Shown here one piece after another: positions 37,077 to 49,652 of a DNA stretch of 64,000 bases. The stretch spans positions 1,488,001-1,552,000 of the forward strand of contig CM075991.1 of assembly GCA_038087875.1 (NCBI GenBank), written 5' to 3'. The notes below the pieces were generated by a model. The model was given only the letters and a program-made list of their open reading frames with translations, was not told where the DNA came from and did no database searches. Source of the stretch: Malacoraja senta (lineage: Eukaryota). Within the stretch, counting starts at the first letter, position 1, and every line of letters begins with the position of its first letter. A program made the position numbers and the translations under genes.

Positions 37077-37657
37077 GAGAAAGCTTTGCCTTTGCTCCTT
37101 GGAACTAAAAATGTTGGTTCATGATCCTTTGCTCCCAGATTTAGAGCAGAATTATTTAACCTATCTAATATTTACATTATCGTTAAGAATAACAGTAAAA
37201 GGTTTTACATTTTAAAACTGATCTTTTAGAATAAAATGAATAGATTTTTCCAAAAAACACCAAAAACTTTTAATGTACTGTATTTTGTATCCACACATGC
37301 ACTTGTGTCATCTTCAATAGTGTTCCCACCTATTTTTAATCAATACACCCTTGCTACTCTTGTGGCTGCCTAGAATTATATTCCTTCCCTTGTTTGATGA
37401 GTGTCCCACCGGACTCTGCACATCAATGCTCGGCAGTAGAAGGACCTTAGACTGTGGTCCCCCTCCCATGGAGACTTGGCATCAGCTGTGTCAAGCTTCA
37501 GAACGCCAACGAGTTTGGGTAGACCAAAGAGCATCTTTCATCCAGTTGATGGTCATCCAACAATACAACAACCATCCGGGAACTTCAATGTGTCTTTGGG
37601 AACAGCACGTAAATCAAAAAGTGCTCTGTTACGGAGCAGTTTGGGATGAATCATTAC

Positions 37658-39345
37658 TAGAGCCAGGATGTTTATAAAATTACAAAAAAAGGCACGAAAA
37701 AGGCATTGACAAAAAAGGCATAACAAGGCATGTATTTCCACCACTAAAATATGGTTAAAAATGATAATTATAAAGGTATACTATATTATTGCCTGGTTGC
37801 ACATAACTACTAGCATTTTTTTCAAATTATCTGGTGTTAAACTATGCCGTCTGTCAGGCAGAATGTGCTTCAGTTGTGAAAAACTTCTTTCTACCCCAGC
37901 TGAGGTCACTGGTGCATACCTGAAACAAGCTACAAACACTACATTCATGTTGATATCTTGTGCATTACAACTACCTTTGAGAAATTTAGCTTTGTTTTGT
38001 ACTTCAAGATCTTTGTTAGCTAAAATCCCCCTCTCACATTTTCCTTGTATGTCTTTACCTACATCGCCAGGAACTTTAAGTACAAAGTGCAGCAAGTGAA
38101 GATGTAAACAACTGAGCAATAGTTGTGCTTTTTGACTTCTCCAATGTCAAGAAATACTCCTTTGATGGTTGACCTGCCTCCAGTTTACTGATGACCACAT
38201 TGGCAACATATCTCCCCACAGCATTGGTTGTCTCGTCTATTGAGATCCATATTTTGATGCATGCGACTTCATCTCTAATTTTCTGCACAACAATGTTGAA
38301 GTTGCTGTCAACATAATTTTTCTGTAATGATGACTCGCTCGGTATAGGTTCCTTTGTGTATTTCCCTAAAAAAACTCTGAGATATTTGTTTTCCAATTTC
38401 CACAGTGCAATTCCAGCATCAATGAATGCTTTGCACAGATCACTCGAAAACTCAGATTTGCGATTGGAGCCAGCAGTAAATGTTGTGAGGAGACAAGCTT
38501 GCGTATTTCCTACCTTCAGTTTCTCTGCCGTCGACTTGTGTTTAGCTATCTGTACATGCTGGGAGGCGAAATATTTCTTCTCATGATTCACTGCTTTCGC
38601 ACATGCTTTGCAAAACTGCACACAGTTGTCTGTAGAGAATATATCACTCCCGTACACTCTCACCAAATCGTTCAGTTTTTTATAAGGCGTTGACTTGACT
38701 TTTGGCATTTTGACGCTTGCAGGGGTAGATCCTACAGGAGCGGGGATGCAGACCTCTACAGGCAGGCCAAGTACAAGCTGAGAAGAGGAATCAGAGCTGC
38801 CAAGGAAAGGTACTCTGAGAAGTTGAGGAGCAAGCTCTCAGCATATGACTCTTCTTCAGGTGTGGAAGGGCTTGCAAGAAATCACAAGCTATGAGGAAAA
38901 CCCCCCGCTCCTTGGGCAATCGCCAGCTGACCAATGACCTGAACGAGTTCTCCTGCAGGTTCAATAAACAGAAACTTAACCCTGGTACCCCACACCCCAT
39001 CCAACACTTCACACCTACTCACAACTTGACTCCAGTTTGAAAAGCCTAGATCCTTCCCCACCTACTCCTCCCCAATCACTTCACACCCACTTAAAGCATG
39101 ACTCCAGTCTGCAAAGACTGGACCCTTTCCTACGCACCCCTCTCCAATCACCACTTAACACCCACTTACAGCCGGGTTTCGCCCTGGTGCTGTAAATTTT
39201 CTTGTAAGTTACATTAAATTGGCAAAAAAAGGCTGATTTAAGCACTCAATCGCGATATAGGCATTATCTTCCTGAAATAATCCAAAAAGGCACATGGCAT
39301 TTATGGCACAATCCACATGACATTTATGGCAAAATCCTGGCTCTA
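37658..39345 (-). mobile_element. hAT DNA transposon with deleted transposase
   Basis: 12-bp TIR TAGAGCCAGGAT; 8-bp TSD ATCATTAC/ATCATTGC; zinc finger FCKAC..H....KH, IWISIDETT, dimerization TSAGVERSFS; the site is empty in copy 1. Confidence 0.93.
38725..39170 (+). mobile_element. Rex1/Babar fragment nested in the hAT element
   Basis: Translates YRSGDADLYRQAKYKLRRGIRAAK, homologous to about 7790-7870. Confidence 0.65.
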
Positions 39346-39471
39346 ATCATTGCAATGACCCCTTCATCTTTCTCCAGACCCTCTTTGCAAATCTACATTT
39401 TTGAAAATGGTGGCCCATTGCCTCCTATCTATAGCAGTGGTCTGTCAGCATCTTACATTATTAGAAAGTCT

Positions 39472-41365
39472 CCATGAGGGAATTTGTTGAGTTTCTACGA
39501 GATGGTTTCTTGGAGCATCTTGTAGTTGAGCCTACCGGGGAAAAGGCAATGCTGGATTCAAATTATCTGGGTTTTATTCCGATGGTTAAGTTGAAGCAAC
39601 CGCGAAGGGGTAGTGACCATAATATGGAAAATTCAACCTGCAATTTGAGAGGGAGAAGATGAAATCAGATGTATCAGTATCATAGCTGAGCAAAGGGGAC
39701 TACAGAAGCACGAGGGGGGAATTGGCTAAAGTTCATTTGAAATAGACCTTAGCAGGAATGATAGCAGGAACTTCTGGGAATTTGGAAGACACAGGATCTT
39801 TTCATTCCAAAGAGGAAGAAAGATTCCATGGGGAGAATGAGGCGACCGTGGCTGACAAAGCAACTCAAAGGTAGTATAAAACTGAAAGATTAATACAACA
39901 TTGCAAAGATTAGTGGGAAGCTAGCGTATAGGGAAATGTTTAAAACCAACAGAAGGAAAGTAAATTATTCCCAGAAAGTAAAAAAGCCAATAATATGAAA
40001 GAGGGTAACAAAGGTTTCTTCAGATATATAAAGAGTAAGAAAGAGGCTAGAGAGGACATTGGACTGCTGAAAAATGATGCTGTAGAAGTGATAATGGGGA
40101 ATCAAGAAATGGCAGCGGAATTAAACACATTTTTTTGTAGTGGAAGACACCAGCAATGTGCCTGAAATACAAGATAAACAAGGTGGAGGTTGGTGGTGGC
40201 TTTTACAAAGGAGAAGGTGCTGAAGGTGGCTGGGTCACCTCGGCCAGATGTACATCACCCCAAGGTTCTGAAAGAGGTTGCTTTAGACATTGTGGAAGCA
40301 TTAGTAAAGACCTTTCAAGAAACACTAGAATCAGGAGTGGTTTCAGACAAATGGGAAATTGCAAATATTACTTTGCTGTTCTAGAAGGGAGTGAAGCAGA
40401 AGAGTGGAAACTATATGCCGGTTTGCCTGACTTCAGTGGTTGGTAGATTTTAGTCCATTATAAAGGATGAGTGTTGTGAGTATTTAGCTGTTCATGATAA
40501 AATAGCCTGGTCTTGTTAAAGGGAGATCGTGCTTGACAAACCTGTTGGAATTTTTTGAGGAAATTAAATAGCAGTTTAGACAAAGGAGAGCCAGTGGATG
40601 CTGTTTACCTGGATTTTCAGAAGGCCATTGACAAGGTGCTAAAGAATGCTGCTAAAGAAGATGAGAGCCCATTGGATAAGAGGGAAGATGAGAGGCAAGA
40701 TGGATTTGCATGGAGAGCTGGTTGGCTGGATGGCAGAAGGCAAGGAGTGACAATAAAGCGGGCTTTTTCTGGTTGGCTGCTACTGACTAGTGGGGATCTG
40801 CAGGCGTCGGTGCTGGGGCCGCTACTCTTCATATTGTATATCAGTTATTTATATGAGGGCTTAAAGCTTTTGTGGCCAAGTTTTCAGATGATACGAAGAT
40901 AGGTTGAGGGGCAGGTAGTGTAGAGAAAGCAGGGAAACTGCAGAAGGACTTGAACAGGTTGGGAGAGTGGGGAAAGAAGTGCGCAAATGGAATACAGCAT
41001 GACAAAGTGTGGAGTCATGCATTTTGGTGGTGGGAATAAAGACGTAAACTGTTTTCTAAATGGGGAGAGAATTCAGAAATCAGAAATGTAAAGGGACTTG
41101 GAAGTCCTGGTACAGGATTCCCAAAATGTTAACTTGCAAGTCTAATCAGTAGTAAGGAAGACAAAAGTAATTCTTACATTCATTTCGAGAGGACTAGAAT
41201 ACAAAAACAGGTATGTAATTCTGAGACTTTATAAGGCACTGGTCAGATCGCATTTGGAGTATTGTGAGCGGTTTTGGACCCTATATCTGAAAAAGGGTTT
41301 GTTCGTGTTGGAGAAGGTCCAGAGGAGCAACTTTGGACACAATGTCTGAGGAAGGATGTACTGGC
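39472..41365 (+). mobile_element. Degenerate CR1 LINE
   Basis: [35 protein letters not shown]. Confidence 0.85.
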
Positions 41366-41374
41366 TGTGTCAGA

Positions 41375-43445
41375 CCTTTGACCTTAATGTTGAATATGTA
41401 GGATGAAAAATGCAGGTTGTTTCATGAGATAATGTTAGTTTATATCTGTCATTTTTTAGTTTTCTCAATTATTGAGTTAATGTGATAAATATTTTTAATT
41501 CTTTAAAAAAAAATGCTTTGTGTTCATACAAAAAGGGAGTACTGCTGATCAAAGATGTTATCAGTACCATAGTGTCATTAATTATTTGTTAAATCATTGT
41601 GGATACCTCATCTGTGAGATTTGCTTACTCACTTGGCCAAGATCATTAAAAATATCAGTGTGGCAATAAAGCTGATATTGAATGTGTGTAGCCAGTGTTT
41701 CAAAGTATTAAAGAATGTGTATGCCAAAAAGTCAAAAGTATATTGAAATAAAAACATGGTCACAATTATGAGTATAGAAAAAAACCTAGAAGCGTACTGC
41801 ACACACACACATCCTTCGGCCCACAATGTTTGTGGCAAACATGATGTCAAGACCTTCTCTTGTCTACCTGCAGATAGTCCAAATTGCACCATTCCCTGCA
41901 CATTCCTCTGCCTATCCAAACGCCTCTTATATGCCACTATCATATCTGCCTCAACCACCAACCCTGGCAGCATGCTCCAGGCACTCACCACCCCTTGGAA
42001 AATTTCCCCGTTCACCTTCAAAACCATTCCCTCTTAGTTGAAGAATCTTTTCTCTCAAATATTAGAAGTATATAAAACTATCAAAGGCCAGAGGGAAAAG
42101 TTTTTATGAGAGGAGATGTGCAGGGCAAATTGTTTTTGCCGATTACGCATGGGTGGTGCTGGCAGTGGATAAGATGGGCATTTACAAAGTTTTTAGATGG
42201 GGACATGGATATGCAAGGAATGGAGATGTGGATCACATGTAGATCTCTCATGTTAGATATAGTTCTTAGGGCTAACGGAATAAAGGGATATGGGGAAAAA
42301 ACAGAAACAGGGTACTGATATTGTGGGCTGAAGGACCTGTTTCTTGGCCATACCTTTCTATGTTTGATAGATCTAAGTAATTTAAGTAACCCAATGGGTA
42401 TCAGGTAAAAAAACAATTGGATTCTGGAAAATCGGATATAAACACGGAACTTGTAGGCACCACTTTCTATAGAATTTACACAAATTTCAATGCTGAGCAA
42501 TAGATTGCAATTGAGACTAACCTGACGTCTTTTCTTTTTACTTTGATCCCCTGTTTATAATACCAAGATTCATCAAAGTTTTTTTGAAATATTTATACAG
42601 AGATTCATGGGTTTATATCACTACACAAATACCATTTATTTGTGCTTCTCTTTCAAAGTATCTGTGTTAAGGAGAGATTTGATTATGTATTTGGAGATAA
42701 TGTTTCTGCCAATATTTGTTTCAACCAGATAAATTGGAGAGAAAAATGTCATGTTCTTAACTTGGTAAGATCAGTACCATGTTAGATGGTGAGGTAGTTG
42801 AATGAAGACACAGGGCACCACAGATGCTGCAACTTTGAGTAAAACATAAAGTACAGGAGTATGTTACTGAGGAATTCACCATGTGTGAGAAGAACATGCA
42901 ATGTTTATCAGTCAGAGTGACTTCCTTAACTTGTTTTGATAGCCTATCGTGGGATCAGAGAGGAATGTTCCACATTTCACCTTCACCTCCAATTGTTCTC
43001 TTTATTTAACCTTTCACCTTCAATTTACATAGCACTCGCATGAGTGAAACATATATACAGTGGAAAAATGCTCAATTGCAAACTACCAATGCTTGCTCAT
43101 TGGCCTTAGAGTCTAGTATTTTTTGCTCATGTAAATGTAGACTTTAATAGTCTGAGCTCACCATTATCCAATCAAAAAGCATTAGAAACTTGCGTTATCA
43201 TTGAGAATTTTCTAATTACTTTTAATTTTAGTTTTAGTTTAGTGATACAGTGCGGAAACAGGCCCTTCGGCCCACCGACCAGCAATCCCCACTAGGGGCA
43301 ATTTTACATTTATACCATTTTCATATTTCTAAACTAAACCAAGCCAATTAACCTACAAACCTGTAGGTCTTTGGAGTACAGGAGGAAACCGAAGATCTCG
43401 GAGAAAATTCACACATCACGGAGACAATGTACAAACTCCGTACAG
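41375..43445 (+). repeat. Segmental duplicate of the upstream region of ITPRIP-like copy 1 (28795-31915)
   Basis: Colinear blocks, e.g. 28801 vs 41376, 29880 vs 42370, 31420 vs 43020; continues at 48770-49148 after a CR1 insertion. Confidence 0.9.
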
Positions 43446-43499
43446 GCTAATGGCACATGGGGTAGGCTAATGGGACTGAAGGATGATAAATCCCCCGGA

Positions 43500-46400
43500 A
43501 GGGGATGAATATTCTGCAGCGTGACTTTAGAGAGCTCGGAAAAATGCTGAAAAGCAAGACCTCCAGGGTTGTTATCTCTGATTTGCTTCCATTTCCTCGT
43601 GCTGGCGAGAGCAGGAACAGGGAGATACGGGACCTGAATGTGTGGCTGAGGAAGTGGTGCAGGGGGCAGGGATTTAGATTCTTAGATCACTCAGAACTGT
43701 TTTGGAGTAAGGGGGAACTGTACAAAAGGGACTGATTGCATCTTAACAGGTGGGGAACCAGCATTCTGGCAGGCAGGTTTGCCACTCCACTGCTACACGG
43801 GTGGTGTTAAACTGAATAAGGGGGGTGGGGTGTCAAATGGGATAGTCGAGGATGGAGTTAAAGGGAAAGAGAGTAAAGGGATGGTTAATGACCCCAGAAT
43901 TAACGGGAAAGGAAGCTCACAAAGGGATAGGAGAGTATGGCCAAGTGTAATAGGGATCGATGTGAAAGGTGAGATGCATAAGGAATTAAAAGTATTGTAT
44001 ATGAATGCGCGAAGTATAAGAAATAAAGTAGATGAGCTTGAGGCTCAGTTAGAGGTTGGTAGATATGACATTGTGGGGATTACTGAGACGTGGCTGCAGG
44101 AGGATCGGGCCTGGGAACTTAATATTCAGGGTTATATATCCTATAGAAAGGACAGGCAGGTGGGCAGAGGAGGGGGGGTTGCTCTGCTGGTGAGGGATGG
44201 AATTCAGTCCCTTGCGAGGGAAGACAAAGGGACTGACGAGGTAGAGTCACTGTGGATTGAGTTGAGGAATTGTAAAGGCAAGAAGACACTAATTGGTGTT
44301 ATTTACAGACCCCCAAATAGTAGCCCGGATGTAGGGTGTAAGTTGCAGCAGGAGTTAAAACTGGCATGTAACAAAGGTAATGCCACTGTGGTGATGGGGG
44401 ATTTCAATATGCAGGTAGACTGGGAAAATCAGGTTGGTTCAGGACCCCAAGAAAGAGAGTTTGTAGAATGCCTCCGAGATGGATTCTTAGAGCAGCTTGT
44501 AATGGCGCCAACCAGAGAAAAAGGCAATTCTGGATTTAGTGTTGTCCAATGAACCAGATATGAACCAGTGATGCAGTTGAACAAAGGGGACTATGAAGGC
44601 ATGAGAGGGGAGCTGGCCAAAGTAGACTGGAAAGGGATCCTAGCAGGAATGACGGTGGAACAGCAATGGCAGGAATTTCTGGGCATAAACCGGGAGACGC
44701 AGGATCATTTCATTCCAAAAAGGAAGAAAGATTCTAAGGGGAGTAGGAGGCAACAATGGCTGACAAGAGAAGTTAGGGATAGGATAAAACTAAAAGAAAA
44801 GATGTATAACACAGCAAAGAGTAGCTGGAAGCCAGAGGATTGGGAAACTTTCATAGGACAACAGAAGGAAACAAAACGGGCAGAAAAGATGAAGTACGAG
44901 GGGAAGCTGGCCAGGAATATAAAGAAGGACAGTAAAAGCTTCTTTAGATATGTTGAGGGAAAAAGAGTAGCAAAGTCAAATGTGGGTCCCTTGAAGGCAG
45001 ACATGGGTGAAATTATTATAACCATATAAGCACGGAAACAGGCCGTCTCGGCCCTTCAAGTCCGTGCCGAACATTAAAAAAAAAAAAAAAAAAAAACTTC
45101 CCCCTGGTCCCATCTACCTGCACTCAGACCATAACCCGCCATTCCGTTCCCGTCCATATACCCATCCAATCTATTTTTAAAGGATAAAATCGAACCAGCC
45201 ACCACTTCCACTGGAAGCTCATTCCACACAGCTACCACTGTCTGAGTAAAGAAGTTCCCCCTAATGTTACCCCTAAACTTCTGTCCCTTAATTCTCAAGT
45301 CATGTCCCCTCTTAACCTTCTGCGCTCCAAAGAATAATGACCTAACTTGTTCAACCTTTCTCTGTAACTTAGTTGCTGAAACCCAGGCAACATTCTAGTA
45401 AATCTCCTCTGTACTCTCTCTATTTTGTTGACATCCTTCCTACAATTAGGCGACCAAAATTGTACTCCATACTCCAGAATTGGCCTCACCAATGCCGTGT
45501 ACAATTTTAACATTACATCCCAATTTCTATATTTAATGCTCTGATTTATAAAGGCCAGCACACCAAAAGCTTTCTTTACCACCCTATCTACATGAGATTG
45601 CACCTTCAGGGAACTATGCACAGTTATTCCTGGATCCCTCTGTTCAACTGCATTCCTCAATTCTCTACCATTTACCATGTACGTCCTATTTTGATTTGTC
45701 CTGCCGAGATGTAGTACCTCAAATTTATCAGCATTAAACTCCATCTGCCATCTTTCAGCCCACTCTTCCAAATGGCCTAAATCTCTCTGTAGACTTTGAA
45801 AATCTACTTCATTATCCACCACACCACATATCTTAGTATCATCTGCATACTTACTAATCCAATTTTCCACACCATCATCCAGATCATTGATGTACATGAC
45901 AAACAACAGTGGACCCAACACAGACCCCTGAGGCACCCCACTAGTCACCAGCCTCTAACCTGACAAACAGCCATCCACCATTACTCTCTGGCATCTCCCA
46001 TTCAGCCACTGTTGAATCCATCTTGCTACTCCACCATTAATACCCAACAATTTAATCTTCTTAACCAACCTTCCATGAGGAACCATGTCAAAGGCCTTAC
46101 TGAAGTCCATATAGACAACATCCACTGCTTTACCCTCATCAATTTCCCTAGTAACCTCTTCGGAAAATTCTAGAAGATTAGTCAAACATGACCTTCCAGG
46201 CACAAATCCATGTTGACTGTTCCTAATCAGACCCTGCTTATCCAGATGCTTATATATATTATCTTTAAGTATCCTTTCCATTAATTTGCCCACCACTGAC
46301 GTCAAACTAACAGGTCTATATTTGCTAGGTTTACTCTTAGAACCCTTTTTAAACAACGGAACAACATGCGCAGTACGCCAATCCTCTGGCACTATTCCCA

Positions 46401-48770
46401 TTTCTAATGACATTTGAAATATTTCTGTCATAGCCCCTGCTATTTCTACACTAACTTCCCTCAATGTCCTCGGGAATATCCTGTCAGGACCTGGAGACTT
46501 ATCCGTTTTCATATTTTTCAAAAGTGTCCGCACCTCCTCTTCTTTGAATCTCATAGTTTCCATTGCTACTCTGCTTGTTTCCCTTACCTCACATAATTCC
46601 ATATCCTTCTCCTTGGTGAATACCGAAGAAAAGAAATTGTTCAGTATCTCCCCCATCTCTTTTGGCTCTGCAGATAGCTGTCCACTCTGACTCTCAAATG
46701 CACCAATTTTATTCCTTGTTATCCTTTTGCTATTAATATAGCTGTAGAAACCCTTTGGATTTACTTTCACCTTACTTGCCAAAGCAACCTCATATCTTCT
46801 TTTAGCTTTTCTAATTTCTTTCTTAACATTCTTTTTACATTCTTTATACTCCTCAAACACGTCATTTACACCATGCTGCCTATAATTGTAGATCTCTCTC
46901 TTTTTCCGAACGAAGTGTCCAATTTCCCTTGAAAACCTTGGCTCTTTCCAATTTTTACTATTTTCTTTCAACCGAACAGGGACATAAAGATTCTGTACTC
47001 TTAAAATGTCACCTTTAAATGTCCTCCATTTCTCTGCTACATTATGGGCAACAAGGAAATGGCAGAAGAGTTGAATAGGTACTTCGGATCTGTCTTCACT
47101 AAGGAAGACAAACAATCTCCCAGATGGACTGGAGGACAGAGGATCTAAGGGGGTAGAGGAAATGAAATAAATTTTGATTAGGCGAGAAATAGTATTGGGT
47201 AGACTAATGGGACTGAAGGATGATAGATCCCCTGGGCCCGATGGTCTGCATCCCAGGGTCCTCAGGGAGGTGGCTCTAGAAATAGTGGACGCATTGGTGA
47301 TAATTTTCCAAATGTTCAATAGATTCAGGATCAGTTCCTGTGGATTGGAGGATAGCTAATGTTATCCCACTTTTCAAGAAAGGAGCGAGAGAGAAAACTG
47401 GGAATTACAGACCAGGTAGCCTGACTTCGGTGGTGGGAAAGATGCTGGAGTCAATTATTAAAGAGGTAATAATGAGGCATTTGGATAGCAGTAAAAGGAT
47501 TAGTCCAAGTCAACATGGATTTATAAAAGGGAAATCCTGCTTGACTAATCTTCTGGAATTTTTTGAGAATGTGACAAGTAAAATGGATGAAGGGGTGCCA
47601 GTGGATGTAGTGTATCTAGACTTTCAGAAAGCCTTCGATAAGGTCCCGCACGGGAGACTGGTGACTAAAATTAGAGCACATGGTATTGGGGGTAGGGTGT
47701 TGACGTGGATAGAAAATTGGTTGGCAGACTGGAAGCAAAGAGTAGGAGTGAACGGGTCCTTTTCAGAATGGCAGGCAGTGGCGAGTGCCGCAAGGCTCGG
47801 TGTTGGGGCCGCAACTGTTTACCATATATATTAATGATTTGGAAGAGGGAATTAGGAGCAACACTAGCAAGTTTGCGGATGACACAAAGCTGGGTGGCAG
47901 TGTGAACTGTGAAGAGGATGTTAGGTGGTTGCAGGGTGACCTGGACAGGTTGAGTGAGTGGGGACATGCGTGGCAGATGCAGTATAATATAGATAAATGT
48001 GAGATTATCCACTTTGGCGGCAAAAACAAGGGGGCAGATTATTATCTCAATGGGGTTAGGTTAGGGGGAGGTGCAGCGGGACCTGGGCGTCCTTGCACAC
48101 CGGTCACTGAAGGTTGGCTTACAGGTACAGCAGGCAGTGAAGAAAGCCAATGGAATGTTGGCCTTCATAACAAGAGGATTTCAGTATAGAAGTAAAGAGG
48201 TTCTTCTGCAGTTGTATAGGGCTCTGGTGAGACCACATCTGGTATATTGTGTACAGTTTTGGTCTCCTAATTTGAGGAAAGACATCCTTGTGATTGAGGC
48301 AGTGCAGCGTAGGTTCACGACATTGATCCCTGGTATGGCGGGACTGTCATATGAGGAAAGATTGAAAAGACTAGGCTTGTATTCACTGGAGTTTAGAAGG
48401 ATGAGGGGGAATCTTATAGAAACATATACAATTATTAAAGGACTGGACAAGCTAGATGCAGGAAAAATGTTCAGAATGTTGGGCGAGTAAAGGGGAGGTC
48501 ATTTAAGACTGAGGTGAGAAAAAACCTTTTCACCCAGAGAGTTGTGAATTTATGGAGTTCCCTGCCACAGAGGGCAGTGGAGGCCAAGTCACTGGATGGA
48601 TTTAAGAGAGAGTTAGATAGAGCTCTAGGGGCTGGTGGGGTCAAGGGATATGGGGAGAAGGCAGGCATGGGTTATTGATAGGGGACGATCATCCATGATC
48701 ACAATGAATGGCGGTGCTGGCTCGAAGGGCCGAATGGCCTCCACCTGCACCTATTTTCTATGTTTCTATG
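43500..48770 (+). mobile_element. CR1 LINE (same subfamily as 24188..28302) inserted in the V-SINE, with an antisense CR1 nested inside
   Basis: EN ORF 43779..44552; RT ORFs 47174-48490; 3' tail TATGTTTCTATG. Confidence 0.92.
45020..47040 (-). mobile_element. 5'-truncated CR1 of a different subfamily, nested
   Basis: RT ORFs 45955..47319 and 45295..45948 ([22 protein letters not shown]); TSD ATTAT at 45015-45019 and 47041-47045. Confidence 0.9.
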
Positions 48771-49148
48771 ATCAAACTCAGGTGTCTGGCACTGTAAGCA
48801 GTAGCTCTACTACAATGCCATCATGCCACTCTTAATGGATGAGAATGTTTCCATGATTTCTAACTGTATTTCTAATGAGTCTCTCACTGGTAATTCATGT
48901 TCATATAATGATTGTCACTAATATAATGACTGACCCCACTAATTGCCATCCACCTGCCCACTTGATTAAACATATCTGAGGCCACTTGTAGAGCAGGAAG
49001 TCACCTGCACAAAAAATATGAGATAGTGATTGATGCAATATTCCAATGTCTCAAAACAGCGGAGTCTCTGATAAATGTACTAATGTAGTTTCCATTTGAA
49101 TTGCACACACACCTTCTGAATATCTGTTATCTGTTTGTTGTTTATAGG

Positions 49149-49652
49149 ATGTTAACTGCGGTAAAACCTTTCAACATGTGTGTTCTGATGATCACAGGGA
49201 GCTTGTACCATCTCCGCCTCCTGAGTAATAATACTGGTTGCTGTGGTTGAAAAGTACAATATCAGTCAGAACAAAATATTCACAACAAAGTCTTTCCTGC
49301 TGTGAGGCTGAAGGGTTCCATTGTCCATCTTGTACCTTGTTTTTCCCCAAGAATAGTACAGTACCCACTACCTACTGACACATTTCCTGTGCTGTCTGTG
49401 AGTACAGGTTTCTCAAAGTTATGACCAAGAATATCCCCAAAAGCTCCTGTCACCTGAAGTGCCTTCAAATACTGATCATTCTGATTGAAAAATTGTGCCA
49501 TTCACCAGACCAGCGATGTGTTCTTGGCTCCTCTCTTTAAGACTGTCCTGATGCATCTGCTATTAAGTCAGCAGTATTTGAACGGGCAGGAATGTCACCT
49601 GGAGCATCAGCTCAGAGATGTGTTAAAATATCTTGGGAAATGCTTGGATGAG
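49149..49652 (+). pseudogene. ITPRIP-like pseudogene, copy 3 (about 890-bp internal deletion, 3' truncated)
   Basis: Same acceptor and ATG (49149); jumps at 49226 from the copy-1 equivalent of 32370 to 33260; FKTVLMHLLLSQ..ECHLEHQLRDVLKYLGKCLDE. Confidence 0.92.

Noticed and set aside
45955..47319. 454-aa ORF as a novel fusion protein
   Set aside because: Reads from the antisense strand of the host CR1 into the nested CR1 RT across the insertion junction
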